Positions 36,083 to 45,918 of a stretch of DNA of 64,000 nt are shown piece by piece. Below the pieces are notes generated by a model. That model did not search any database. It worked only from the letters and a program-made list of their open reading frames with translations, and was not told where the DNA came from. The stretch lies in the IMG/VR virus record IMGVR_UViG_3300015202_000003, positions 85,413 through 149,412 of that record. One strand, 5' to 3'. Position numbers and translations under genes: made by a program. The stretch comes from a virus. The first letter of the stretch is position 1; every line of letters begins with the position of its first letter.

Positions 36083-39000
36083 ATGCCTAAAAAAATTATT
36101 ACACCGGAAGACTCTGATTTCTTTGCAGAATCCGAAAAACAAAAAAGTGTTTTCGATGATTTTACGTTACAAGAAAGAAATTTATTTCAATCTCTTTTAA
36201 GTTCTGCTTTGAAGATAAAGGGGGTAGATAGTGAAGCTAAACAAATAAGGGAAATTGTTCCTATTGAAAAATGGTTGGAGTCAGAGTATTATCTTGGCCC
36301 TGACGGATGTAGAATTTATGATTTTTGGAAACAGTTTATAGTGGACATTTTTAACAGTCCCACTTACATCAATGAAATAATTATTGACGGGTCAATCGGC
36401 TGCTTAAAAGAAAACACCCGCGTCCCTACTTCCATCGGAAATTTAACTTTAAAAGATTTAGATTTAAAATGGAAACAAGGGGAAAGATTCCAAGTTTTGT
36501 CAGAAGAAGGTTTTAAAGATGTTTTAGCTGTTTACGACAATGGGGAGAGCGAAACTGTTAGGATAAAAACTAAGCAGGGCAGAGAAGTTGAGGGAACTCC
36601 TAATCATAAATTTAGAGTTGTTGAATTAAACGAAGAAACGCAAAGACCAGAAATTAAATGGAAACGTTTTGATGAATTAAAAGAAGGTGACATTTTCACA
36701 ATGACCCGAAAAGAAACTCCTTTTGGTTCTAATTCAATAGGAAAAGATTACGCTTATTTGTTAGGTGCAATGTCGGGAGATGGTGGTATTTGTTTATCTT
36801 CGAGAAAAAATAAAGAAGACAAGGAAAGGGTTATCCCTTGGATTTTAGTTGATCCTAAAGAAAGTAATTCTGATTATATTAGAGAAACCTTTAAGAAGGA
36901 GTTTGTTAGCTCTTATTCTACTATCAGTCGTCTTACGGAGAAGCATCAATGGCAAGAGTATATTAGAGGCCCGATTAACAGGGGGAAGTGCGAATATCTT
37001 TTATCTGAAGGATTTGGAACTTGTTCAGGTGATAAAAGAGTTCCCAATTTTATTTTCTCTTTAAATAAAATTGAAGTTGGAAGTTACCTTCGTGGATTGT
37101 TTGATACGGACGGGACAATTGGAAAAGACAATTTAAAAGAAGATGGGAGGGGTAATTATTCAATAGAATTGACATTGAAAAATAAAGAGATGATTTATGA
37201 TGTTTCTTTTCTTCTTTCAATGTTCGGTATTAATTATAAAATAACTGATAAGAAATTTAATCAAAGAAGTTCTGTAACAGGGGAGCTATTTTATGCTACT
37301 CGTCTAATTATAGTTGGGAAAGACTCTTACCGTTTATTTCATAAACATATAGGTTTTAATCTTTCTTATAAAAAAGACAGGTTAGAAGGATACGTTTCTT
37401 TACCAGTTCATAGAAACGAACGTATTAATGTTCCTTACGGCGTGGAGGAGTTAAAAATTGTTTTAGATTATAAGTCAATTAATAACCGTTCAAAAGTAAA
37501 GTCTTTGTTCGGATGGTTGTGGCAGCCTAATGTAACGTATGAAACCCTGAAAAAATTAAATGAACTATTTCCGGAGCAAATTTCTAATTCTTCTTATTTA
37601 ACTTGGATTTTAAAACACGATTGTTTTTTTGATGCCGTTGTTTCTGTTGAAAAAAGTTTTTGTTATTGTAGAGATTTAACAGTTAGAGAGTCACATACTT
37701 ACTCTTTTCAAAATTTTCAGGGAAAAAATACAGGTAAGTCCAGTGTTTCGGATTTTATTGTTTTAAGAAAATTGTATGAGCTAAGTTGCTACACAAATAT
37801 CCAAGCTAAATTTAATTTGATGAGGTCAAAACTCATTATGTTTTTTTATTTTTCTGTAACTAAATCACAGGCAGAAATTACGGGTTATGGAAGTTTAAAA
37901 AATTTAGTTGACAGCATTGAATATTTTGAAAAAGAGTTTCCTCGAAATAAAAGATTTGATAAATGGTTGCTTTGGCCTCAAGAGAACATTGCTATTATGT
38001 ATGGTTCAAATTCAGATCACTGCATAGGCCTCAGTCTTCTTTTGTCCGTCATGGACGAAGCAAACTTCATGGGCAGAGAAGGCGATTTTGAACGGTCTTC
38101 TAACGGTCAACTGTCTAAAGCATCTAATTTATATGAAAAAACACGTCAACGCGCCCAGTCTCGTTTCTCTCCCAATGGTTTTGACCAGTCTTTTTCTCTT
38201 TTAGTTTCTTCTTCTACTCACGAAAGCTCTTTTACGGAAGAAAGAAAAAGAAAAAGTTTGGGTAAGAGCAACATTCTTTCGGTTACGGCTCGTTTGTGGG
38301 ATGTTAAGCCTAAAGATTATCCTAAACCTAAATTTTGGGTGTGTGTTGGTAATCATTTAATAGACCCTTTTATTTGCGATACAATTTCTGACCTGAATCA
38401 ATTTCTACAATCTTGTCAAGTTTCTTCTTTACCTTTAGAAGCAGATTTAAATTGGCAGGTGGAAAATAATCCAGATGTAGCGCCTTACAGGTCTTTATTT
38501 CAACACATACCGGGAGATTTTAGAGATAGGTTTGAATCTAATATTGTTTCTTCTCTCCAAAATATAGCTGGTGTTTCAGTTGCTCCGATTGGAAAATTGT
38601 TTACGGCGCGTCCTATTTTAGTAAAGGCTTATCAACATGGTGAAAGTTTAAATTTGGAACATCCTTTTACTAAAAGTGAAATTGTAATTTCGACTCACGA
38701 TGATGTTAGGTTAGAACATTTTTGGAGACAGGATTTCGAGTTTAAAAATATATCGGCACCTCGTTACATACATATAGATCAAAGCTTTGGGTCTTCTGAC
38801 AATAACGGCGACTGCGGCGGAATTTCGCAGGTTTACATTGACAGGTTTGAAGAGAAAAACGGTCTTTTAAAACCTGTTTTTTGTGTGGATTATATGCTTC
38901 AAATTAACCCTCCAAGACTGCCTCAAAAACTTTCTATTTCAAAAGTAAGAGATTTTGTTTTTTGGTTACAAGACAACAAAAATATAAATTTTGGATTCAT

Positions 39001-40681
39001 TTCTTATGACGGCGCGGGTTCTGCGGAATCTCTTCAAACTATTTCAGAGAGGGGAATACCTTGTAAGTTGTTATCTGTTGATAGAAGCGATGATGCGTAT
39101 ACTTCTCTTGTGAACATAATTTTCGAGGAAAGGCTTTACTCTTATTTTTACGAGCCTTTTGAAAATAACTTTTTAAATTTAATACACGACAGAGCCAACA
39201 GAAAAGTAGATCATCCAAAAAGTTGTTTTGTTGCCGACACAAAAATAAAATTGTTAGACGGCACATATCCAACAATTAAAGAGTTGTCTGATAGAACATT
39301 AGAAGACCCCAACTATGAATTTTGGGTTTATTCTTCTCTGCCAGATGGAACACCCGTTCCCGGAAAAGCACGTCGCGCTCGATTAACTTCATTAAACCGA
39401 GAAATAGTTGAAGTCAAATTGGACAACGGCGAAACAATCAGATGCACTCCTGACCACAGGTTTCTTCTACGAAACGGAGAGTATAGAGAAGCTGAGTTTT
39501 TAACAACGGGAGATTCTTTAATGCCTTTGTATTGGGCTTTTAAGAGTCGTTTGAAAAAAAGAGAGTGTGAAAAAGAAGACGGATATGAAAGAATAAAAAA
39601 TAATAAAACAGGTCAGTGGTGTTTAACTCATTCTTGGGTCAGTCGGTTTTTTGATTTTGGCGTGGTGTGGAAAAGTGGTAACGTTATACATCACGTTGAT
39701 TATAACAAGAAGAACAATATTCCCGAAAATTTACAGCTATTAACTAACAGCGAACACATGAAAATTCATGCTCTTTCTGAAGCTATAGCTAAAATGAAAA
39801 TTTCTCTTAAAAAGTATTTTGAGGAAAACCCAAGCTCTGCTAAAGAAAGAAGGAAGGGCTATGTTCCTCAACATCTGATTGATTTTTTGAAAACGGAAGA
39901 AGGGATAAATCAGTCCGGAAAAAAAATCGAAAAAGTGAACGAAGTTTATTGGAAATCTGAAGAAGGTGTTTTAAAAAGAAATCAGATTCGTAAAGAGCTT
40001 ACTGAAAAGGGCTATACAGAAGTCCTTGAGAAAAACAATTTAAAATTTGAACATACTCAAAAAGAAAAATCAAAGCCCTGTTTGGACTATGTTCTTTGTT
40101 CTGGTCATGCGAAGTATTTACTTGGGGGCAGAAAAAGTTCGTGGGTTAGAAGGTTTGAACAGTGGGACATAAACCTTCAAGAAAACTATAAACGAGTGAA
40201 AGAATTATCCGAAAATTCAATAGAGGAAGCTGTTGAGAAAACGGGTTTGAAAGATGTAAGGCATTTAAAAATCTATCTCAACAAATGTAAAAACACACAC
40301 AATCACAAAGTAATTTCTGTTAAATTTTTAGGGGAGAAAGAAGATGTTTACGACATAGAAGTTCCTGAATATCACAACTTCGCATTAGCATCGGGGATTT
40401 TCGTTCACAATAGTAAAAAAGATGTGAGTGATTCTCTGGCGGGGGCTATTTATTCTGCTATTAAAAACTCTTCTAATTCCAACATTCAAAGATACGATCC
40501 TAATTTATTAATTTTATCTAACAATAATTCAGAAGAAGATGAAGACAGTAGTTATAAAGATTTCGGTTTCAATTTAAATTCAAGTAATCCACAGATTCAA
40601 GTATTAAATAAAAGTTCGGATGCGTTTGATTTATTTGAGGATAAAGGAGAAGAGGGTTCCGGGGTTTCAATTTTCTTTTAA
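36083..40681 (+). CDS. terL: Terminase large subunit with two inteins (mature ~693 aa)
   Basis: Walker A GSIG/TGKS, Walker B VMDEAN, coupling motif VSSS, nuclease HIDQS, ISYD, KVDHP..KDVSD. Confidence 0.92.
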   Translation: MPKKIITPEDSDFFAESEKQKSVFDDFTLQERNLFQSLLSSALKIKGVDSEAKQIREIVPIEKWLESEYYLGPDGCRIYDFWKQFIVDIFNSPTYINEIIIDGSIGCLKENTRVPTSIGNLTLKDLDLKWKQGERFQVLSEEGFKDVLAVYDNGESETVRIKTKQGREVEGTPNHKFRVVELNEETQRPEIKWKRFDELKEGDIFTMTRKETPFGSNSIGKDYAYLLGAMSGDGGICLSSRKNKEDKERVIPWILVDPKESNSDYIRETFKKEFVSSYSTISRLTEKHQWQEYIRGPINRGKCEYLLSEGFGTCSGDKRVPNFIFSLNKIEVGSYLRGLFDTDGTIGKDNLKEDGRGNYSIELTLKNKEMIYDVSFLLSMFGINYKITDKKFNQRSSVTGELFYATRLIIVGKDSYRLFHKHIGFNLSYKKDRLEGYVSLPVHRNERINVPYGVEELKIVLDYKSINNRSKVKSLFGWLWQPNVTYETLKKLNELFPEQISNSSYLTWILKHDCFFDAVVSVEKSFCYCRDLTVRESHTYSFQNFQGKNTGKSSVSDFIVLRKLYELSCYTNIQAKFNLMRSKLIMFFYFSVTKSQAEITGYGSLKNLVDSIEYFEKEFPRNKRFDKWLLWPQENIAIMYGSNSDHCIGLSLLLSVMDEANFMGREGDFERSSNGQLSKASNLYEKTRQRAQSRFSPNGFDQSFSLLVSSSTHESSFTEERKRKSLGKSNILSVTARLWDVKPKDYPKPKFWVCVGNHLIDPFICDTISDLNQFLQSCQVSSLPLEADLNWQVENNPDVAPYRSLFQHIPGDFRDRFESNIVSSLQNIAGVSVAPIGKLFTARPILVKAYQHGESLNLEHPFTKSEIVISTHDDVRLEHFWRQDFEFKNISAPRYIHIDQSFGSSDNNGDCGGISQVYIDRFEEKNGLLKPVFCVDYMLQINPPRLPQKLSISKVRDFVFWLQDNKNINFGFISYDGAGSAESLQTISERGIPCKLLSVDRSDDAYTSLVNIIFEERLYSYFYEPFENNFLNLIHDRANRKVDHPKSCFVADTKIKLLDGTYPTIKELSDRTLEDPNYEFWVYSSLPDGTPVPGKARRARLTSLNREIVEVKLDNGETIRCTPDHRFLLRNGEYREAEFLTTGDSLMPLYWAFKSRLKKRECEKEDGYERIKNNKTGQWCLTHSWVSRFFDFGVVWKSGNVIHHVDYNKKNNIPENLQLLTNSEHMKIHALSEAIAKMKISLKKYFEENPSSAKERRKGYVPQHLIDFLKTEEGINQSGKKIEKVNEVYWKSEEGVLKRNQIRKELTEKGYTEVLEKNNLKFEHTQKEKSKPCLDYVLCSGHAKYLLGGRKSSWVRRFEQWDINLQENYKRVKELSENSIEEAVEKTGLKDVRHLKIYLNKCKNTHNHKVISVKFLGEKEDVYDIEVPEYHNFALASGIFVHNSKKDVSDSLAGAIYSAIKNSSNSNIQRYDPNLLILSNNNSEEDEDSSYKDFGFNLNSSNPQIQVLNKSSDAFDLFEDKGEEGSGVSIFF
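36401..37729 (+). mobile_element. Intein 1 in TerL (within Walker A), LAGLIDADG (443 aa)
   Basis: CLKENT..., GTPNHKF, YLLGAMSGDG, YLRGLFDTDG, ends GKN|T. Confidence 0.9.
39224..40411 (+). mobile_element. Intein 2 in TerL nuclease domain, HNH (396 aa)
   Basis: CFVADT..., CTPDH, IHHVDYNKKNN.PENL, ends FVHN|S. Confidence 0.9.
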
Positions 40682-40728
40682 CTTTTATTTTTTATTTACA
40701 CCTCTTTTTCTTTTCTTAATTTTCTTTT

Positions 40729-41775
40729 ATGTCTCGTTTTATTTTTTCTTCTTCTAACACTCCTGAAGATATAGGGGGTATTAGAGTTTTTTTAAAGGAG
40801 CAGTCGGGAGAAAAATGTAAAAATACAAGGGGAGAGTGGGTAGATAGAAAAGATGCTGATAGGGAAAGAAAAGTTCTTTACGATATTTGGAGAAAATTAA
40901 ATCCTAACAAGTCTATACCTCCTTCTTTAAATTTAGTCTCTCTTCCTGAATTAAAAGAGATGTTATCTGAAGAAATTAAAAAAAGAAAAGAAGATAAGTT
41001 ACCAAAAAGCAATCAAAAGATTTCAACGGAAAAAGACAAGCAAATCGAAAAAGAATCTGAAAAAGAGATTGATTTAGATTTAGAGAAGAGTGAGAAGAAA
41101 AAACCTAAAGAAAAAAAAGAAACTGAAATAGAATCTAAGGAACAAAATAAAAAACATATTGATAGTGGTGAGAAAAAAGAAAGTTCAGAAGATGAGTCGG
41201 AAGAAGACATAACAGATAAACCTAAAAAACCGAATGAAGTTATTAATCCTAATTTAACGGAGGATTCTTTTCCTTTAGATTTAAGTAAGAATCCTGAAAA
41301 GAAAAAAGAGGTTGAAAAAACAACTCATAATTATTTCGATGATTCGGGTTCTTCTTCTAAGATGTTAGATTTTACGAAATCTTTAAATTTAGGTCCTATA
41401 GTTTCAACGGTAGCAACCTCAGCCGCAGAAGTTGGGTTGGGGGTTTATTTTATTGCTTTATTGGCGGCTTGTCCTTTTGGTGGGGTGGGAATTTCTTTAA
41501 TTTTGGGCATGACTTTAGGTTTGTATGGTTTATTTGAAGAAGCCGGAACAAAGCCGATTAGAGTTTCTTTAAAAGATGATAAGAGAATTACATCAAATTT
41601 AAAAGAGTTGTCTAAAATTAAAATTGTAAATCAAATTCCCAACGATAAAAATTTAAAAAGTTTAATTGCGGTTGCGGTCAAAGTTAAAATGGATTACGAT
41701 TTAAAATGGAGTCTGAGAGAGTGGGGCGATAATTTTATTAAATTTTTTCATCCTGATAAGGATAGAGTAAAATAG
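40729..41775 (+). CDS. Tag + adaptor X + charged linker + hydrophobic helical hairpin
   Basis: MSRFIFSSSNTPEDIGGIR; RGEWVD; VGLGVYFIALLAACPFGGVGISLILGMTLGLYGLF. Confidence 0.7.
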   Translation: MSRFIFSSSNTPEDIGGIRVFLKEQSGEKCKNTRGEWVDRKDADRERKVLYDIWRKLNPNKSIPPSLNLVSLPELKEMLSEEIKKRKEDKLPKSNQKISTEKDKQIEKESEKEIDLDLEKSEKKKPKEKKETEIESKEQNKKHIDSGEKKESSEDESEEDITDKPKKPNEVINPNLTEDSFPLDLSKNPEKKKEVEKTTHNYFDDSGSSSKMLDFTKSLNLGPIVSTVATSAAEVGLGVYFIALLAACPFGGVGISLILGMTLGLYGLFEEAGTKPIRVSLKDDKRITSNLKELSKIKIVNQIPNDKNLKSLIAVAVKVKMDYDLKWSLREWGDNFIKFFHPDKDRVK

Positions 41776-41823
41776 TAGATTTAAAATAGTAGATTTAAAA
41801 CAGTAAAGATAAAGTAATTACGA

Positions 41824-42417
41824 ATGTCAAACAGATTTTTAATTTTTCAGGATGGAAACTTTCAAGTTTCTTCTTTTCCTTTCGCTTCTTCTATTTTAGT
41901 AGAAGATATAAACAGAAACATTTCAACAGTTTTAATTGGAAAAGAATCACAACAATTTTTAAAAGATTTTAGCGGTCTAATTCCAAAAGAAAAGAGTTCT
42001 CTTTGTGAGGATGTTTCTAAAGATTCCCGGTCAAAATCAAAATACGGAAATTTAACTTCCGATTTAGATGGGGTTTACGATGAAATGTTAAAATTAGGAT
42101 TTGACAAAAAACCTAATTTTAATTTAAATTTTACAACTTCAGAGCAAAGTGTTCCGACAGTTTCGTTGTTATTTTACAATGATCCTAAACAAAACAGAGA
42201 GAACGTATTGCCTAATGTAACTTTAAGTTTTTCGGAATTAAATTCTAAAACCAAGGCTTTGTTATATGTGAATGGGGGGGATAAAAATACAAACTATATA
42301 AAGTTTGTTTCTAAGAAAGTAAGTCTACAATCGGTTGCTTTGGATTTTTCTTTGACTGAATTTGTTTCTCTTTTAAAAGAAATTTCAACCTTTTCAAAAA
42401 CGGAGTTATCGGATTAG
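41824..42417 (+). CDS. Hypothetical protein in head cluster
   Basis: ATG ORF, begins MSNRFLIF. Confidence 0.6.
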   Translation: MSNRFLIFQDGNFQVSSFPFASSILVEDINRNISTVLIGKESQQFLKDFSGLIPKEKSSLCEDVSKDSRSKSKYGNLTSDLDGVYDEMLKLGFDKKPNFNLNFTTSEQSVPTVSLLFYNDPKQNRENVLPNVTLSFSELNSKTKALLYVNGGDKNTNYIKFVSKKVSLQSVALDFSLTEFVSLLKEISTFSKTELSD

Positions 42418-42462
42418 ATTTGAAAATATATCTTATACAGCTAAACAAACCATAGAATTTTA

Positions 42463-43770
42463 ATGTCTGTTTTAATTTTCAGTTCAAAGAATGTTCCTTT
42501 AGTAGAAGGAATTAGAGAATCTCCGTTAGAAATTTTAGACGAAGATATGGCGGAGTTTTCTTATAATGCTTTGCATCCGAAAAGTAGAAAAGTAAAAGAC
42601 ATCCAAGGAAAATGGGTTGATTCCAAAACGGGCGAACAGAAGAGACAAGAAATCTACGCTTTTTATTTAAAATATCTTCGTTCAAAAGGTTATGAGGATA
42701 AAAAAGTTCCTCCTTGTTTTGATGATATGAGTTTGCCTCAAATAGACAAGTTTATTAAAAAAGTTTTTGCGGGAGATGAAGAAAACAAACAGAAAAAATC
42801 TTTGAACACTGTTCAAAGAATTGGTTTAAAAGCTTATCAAGCGGGTTCCGAAATAGCATCTGGAAAGATACCTTTTAGTCCTGCAGAAGAAGAGGGCGAA
42901 GAAGAGGATGAGGAAAAGGAGGGGAAAGGTAAAGAAGAAAATCCAACTGAATTAACTCCTGAGCAAGTTAAAGAACATCATAAAATTTTAGAAGACGTTG
43001 AAAAACAAAGTCATTCTAAAGTCAGCGAAAGTCTTGGAAAGATATGGGAGTTTTTATCGGAGCAAGGAAAAGATTTTACGAAAGAGGTAAAAAGAGATGT
43101 AGTTTCTACTGCTGTAGAATTAAATCCAATTTATCATGGAGAAATTGGTTCGGTAGATGGTTCAACGGATGCTTCTCATTCCGAAGTAGGGACGGATACA
43201 ACACATACTTCTGTTGACGACTTAACTTCTGCTTCTTCCGAAGAGGAGGCTGTTTCAACGGAAAAATCATCGTCTCATCATCATTATCATGGTTTACATC
43301 CAAACAGACCTTTAGAAGATCAAATTGAAAGGAGTTGTAAAGCTTCGGCTTCTGTTTCTAACAAAGAAAAAATAATACGTTTAGCGAAAGGGGGTTTAAC
43401 GTGTGTTGCGGCTTATTACTTGTTTTCCAGTGGGGGTGTAGGGGCGGACGCTTTAATAGAACACGCTAAAACTTTAGTTCCTCATTTAGAGAATGTTTCT
43501 CCTATTTTAGCACACGGTTTAGATTCTTGTTTGGAAGTAGCTAATCATATTACGGAAGTTGTAAGTGATGTTGGAAAAGATGCTGCCCAACACGTCATGT
43601 CTCCTGAGAATTTTTCTTCAAATCCGCGTCGTTCTATGCGTAATGCAGTTAAAAGAGTTGGGGAAATTGCGGCTTCAAAGCATCCTATTTTAACTACTGC
43701 TGTGGGGGTTGTAAAGGGAACTTTAAATTCTTTGTCTCCTTGGGCGAATCTTACTGCGGGAGGTGCATAA
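42463..43770 (+). CDS. Tag + adaptor X + acidic/His-rich region + hydrophobic C-terminal domain (copy A)
   Basis: MSVLIFSSKNVPLVEGIR; QGKWVD; paralog of 44112. Confidence 0.7.
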   Translation: MSVLIFSSKNVPLVEGIRESPLEILDEDMAEFSYNALHPKSRKVKDIQGKWVDSKTGEQKRQEIYAFYLKYLRSKGYEDKKVPPCFDDMSLPQIDKFIKKVFAGDEENKQKKSLNTVQRIGLKAYQAGSEIASGKIPFSPAEEEGEEEDEEKEGKGKEENPTELTPEQVKEHHKILEDVEKQSHSKVSESLGKIWEFLSEQGKDFTKEVKRDVVSTAVELNPIYHGEIGSVDGSTDASHSEVGTDTTHTSVDDLTSASSEEEAVSTEKSSSHHHYHGLHPNRPLEDQIERSCKASASVSNKEKIIRLAKGGLTCVAAYYLFSSGGVGADALIEHAKTLVPHLENVSPILAHGLDSCLEVANHITEVVSDVGKDAAQHVMSPENFSSNPRRSMRNAVKRVGEIAASKHPILTTAVGVVKGTLNSLSPWANLTAGGA

Positions 43771-43772
43771 AA

Positions 43773-44093
43773 ATGTTAAAAAATAAATTTTCGATTGTAG
43801 AGTCTGTTAAAAATTCCAACTTTTCTTCCAAACCTTCTATTGTAGATTATTCAATTGCTCAGTTGGAGGGAGAGAAACGGGCATTTGAAGAAGCTGGAAG
43901 TAAGATTCCAAGTGCTTACGAAATGATAGAATTAAATGCAATGGCCCAAGTTTTAGGGTTTAAGCCTTCTCCGAAATGGACGGGTATGGATTGGGGGAAA
44001 GCAATAGGAGAAGGAATAGAAAATTCTAAAATGTCTATGGATGTTATTATTAAAAAAGTTACAACTCTTTTAAAAACCCAAGTTAAAAAATAG
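43773..44093 (+). CDS. Small partner protein (copy B)
   Basis: MLKNKFSIVE..KPSIVDYSIAQLEGEK; paralog of 45513. Confidence 0.7.
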   Translation: MLKNKFSIVESVKNSNFSSKPSIVDYSIAQLEGEKRAFEEAGSKIPSAYEMIELNAMAQVLGFKPSPKWTGMDWGKAIGEGIENSKMSMDVIIKKVTTLLKTQVKK

Positions 44094-44111
44094 AAAAAAT
44101 AAAATTTCACT

Positions 44112-45488
44112 ATGTCTGTTTTAATTTTCAGTTCTAAAAATGTTCCTCTTACGGAGGGCATTAGAAAATCAAATTCTCTTTTAATTTTAAATGAGTTTGG
44201 TTTTGCTGAATCTAAGCACGCGGTAAAGGATGTGAAGGGAAAATGGATTGATTCTCAACACGCCCAACAAGAGAGACAAAAAGTTTATTCAATTTATTTA
44301 CAGGCGGCTCGAAAAAAACAAGATTTGGCGGATGTTAAGAGTAACAAACAGATTGTGACTCCGCCTTGTTTTGACAAAATGAGTTTGCCTCAGATTAGTC
44401 ATTACATTCATACTTTTATAGATTCAAAAGAAGAAGCAAAACCTAAAAAAGAAACTTTGGGGGACAAAGCAAAACATTTAGCAGCAACCGTAGCTTTGGC
44501 AGCAACTTTAGCCCCTCACAAAATTGTAAGCGGGGAATATGAAGGAGAAGGAGAAGAGGGAAACAAAAAAGAGGAGGAAGAACCCGAACCTTCTCCTGAT
44601 TTAACACCTGAACAGTTGGTAGAACATCATAAATTAGTAGGGAAATCACATAAATTTGGTTATGACAAGGTAAAAAAAGAATTTGGTAGTTTGAAAAAAC
44701 TTTTAAAAAACGTAGTTCGCGCTCAGCTTTCGGATGCTATTTCTACGTCAATAGAAAGTTCGAGAAGTTTGCAGAGTGTTGAACAAGGAGGGGGTCATGC
44801 AGAGGGAGGGGCTGCAAATTTACCTTCTGCAGAGGGGGGTTCTGAAGGTGGTGGAGAAGCGTTGGCATCATCTTCTGTAGAAAGTTCCGCACACGTTGGA
44901 GTCGAGGCTTCGACTGATTTTGTTCATTCTACGGAAGATTCTTTCAGAGAAGAAGACGGCAAATTAAAATCACATACTACAAAAAATTATTTACACGCTT
45001 TACATCCATTAGCTCCTTTAGAGAGACATACCAGAGAACTTTGTAGCGTTGTTAAAGAGCGCGGTTTAAGTAAAACCGCTCAAAATTTAATGGTTGGAGG
45101 TGCTACGGCTTTAGTGGGCGCTTTATTATTTGCACATGGATGTTCAGAAGCAACTGTTTTAATAGATTATGCAAAAGAAATGATACCTCATTTGCATGCT
45201 TTACCTCCTATGGTAGCTCATGCTGCTACGGGCGGTTTAGAACACGTCGCTAAATTTACGGATCATTTGAAAGAGGCATCAGGAGAAGTCGGGAAAAATT
45301 TTCTAAGTCCGGAACATTGGGCTGAAAGTCCGAAACGTTCAGCTCGTTTATTAATACAAAGATTTACAGAAATAGCTAAAGCTAAAGATTTTAAAGAAGT
45401 AGTAAAAACGTCTACTGTTGGGGCTATAAAAGGAACTGTAAAAAACTTTGTAGCGGGGAGTAGTTCTTCTTTTGATGGTTTTGGTTAA
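44112..45488 (+). CDS. Tag + adaptor X + hydrophobic C-terminal domain (copy A')
   Basis: MSVLIFSSKNVPLTEGIR; KGKWID; PPCFDKMSLPQI. Confidence 0.7.
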   Translation: MSVLIFSSKNVPLTEGIRKSNSLLILNEFGFAESKHAVKDVKGKWIDSQHAQQERQKVYSIYLQAARKKQDLADVKSNKQIVTPPCFDKMSLPQISHYIHTFIDSKEEAKPKKETLGDKAKHLAATVALAATLAPHKIVSGEYEGEGEEGNKKEEEEPEPSPDLTPEQLVEHHKLVGKSHKFGYDKVKKEFGSLKKLLKNVVRAQLSDAISTSIESSRSLQSVEQGGGHAEGGAANLPSAEGGSEGGGEALASSSVESSAHVGVEASTDFVHSTEDSFREEDGKLKSHTTKNYLHALHPLAPLERHTRELCSVVKERGLSKTAQNLMVGGATALVGALLFAHGCSEATVLIDYAKEMIPHLHALPPMVAHAATGGLEHVAKFTDHLKEASGEVGKNFLSPEHWAESPKRSARLLIQRFTEIAKAKDFKEVVKTSTVGAIKGTVKNFVAGSSSSFDGFG

Positions 45489-45512
45489 AATAACAGTGTA
45501 TAATTTAAAAAA

Positions 45513-45836
45513 ATGTTAAAAAATAAATTTTCAATTAAAGAAGCTGTTAGCAACAACAATAATAAAACACAGAGTAAAAAGCCTTCTGTGTTAGACTATT
45601 CGATTGCTCAGTTGGAGGGAGAAAAAAAAGCTTATTTAGAAGAGGGAAAAGCGATGCCAACTTCTGTTCAATTAGAAGAGTTAAATGCTTTTGCTAAAGT
45701 TTTTAATATAAAGCCTTTAGCACATTGGACAATGATGGATTGGGGCAATGTTTTAGCTAAAGAGTTGGACAATACAAAATTAACATCTGACCAAATTTTA
45801 AAGAAAGTCAATGATATATTAAAGTCTCAGAGTTAG
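45513..45836 (+). CDS. Small partner protein (copy B')
   Basis: MLKNKFSIKE..KPSVLDYSIAQLEGEK. Confidence 0.7.
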   Translation: MLKNKFSIKEAVSNNNNKTQSKKPSVLDYSIAQLEGEKKAYLEEGKAMPTSVQLEELNAFAKVFNIKPLAHWTMMDWGNVLAKELDNTKLTSDQILKKVNDILKSQS

Positions 45837-45918
45837 TTTTTAGTATAAGATTAAAAAAATAGTTTTTAATTTAAGTTTAGATAAAGAAAACAGAAAACAA
45901 ATTTAGACATTTTAAATT

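Noticed and set aside
41768-41804. 15-bp tandem repeat taaaatagtagattt, and 18-bp NSDSKK repeats near 60690-60737
   Set aside because: Two to three copies each, consistent with ordinary slippage.
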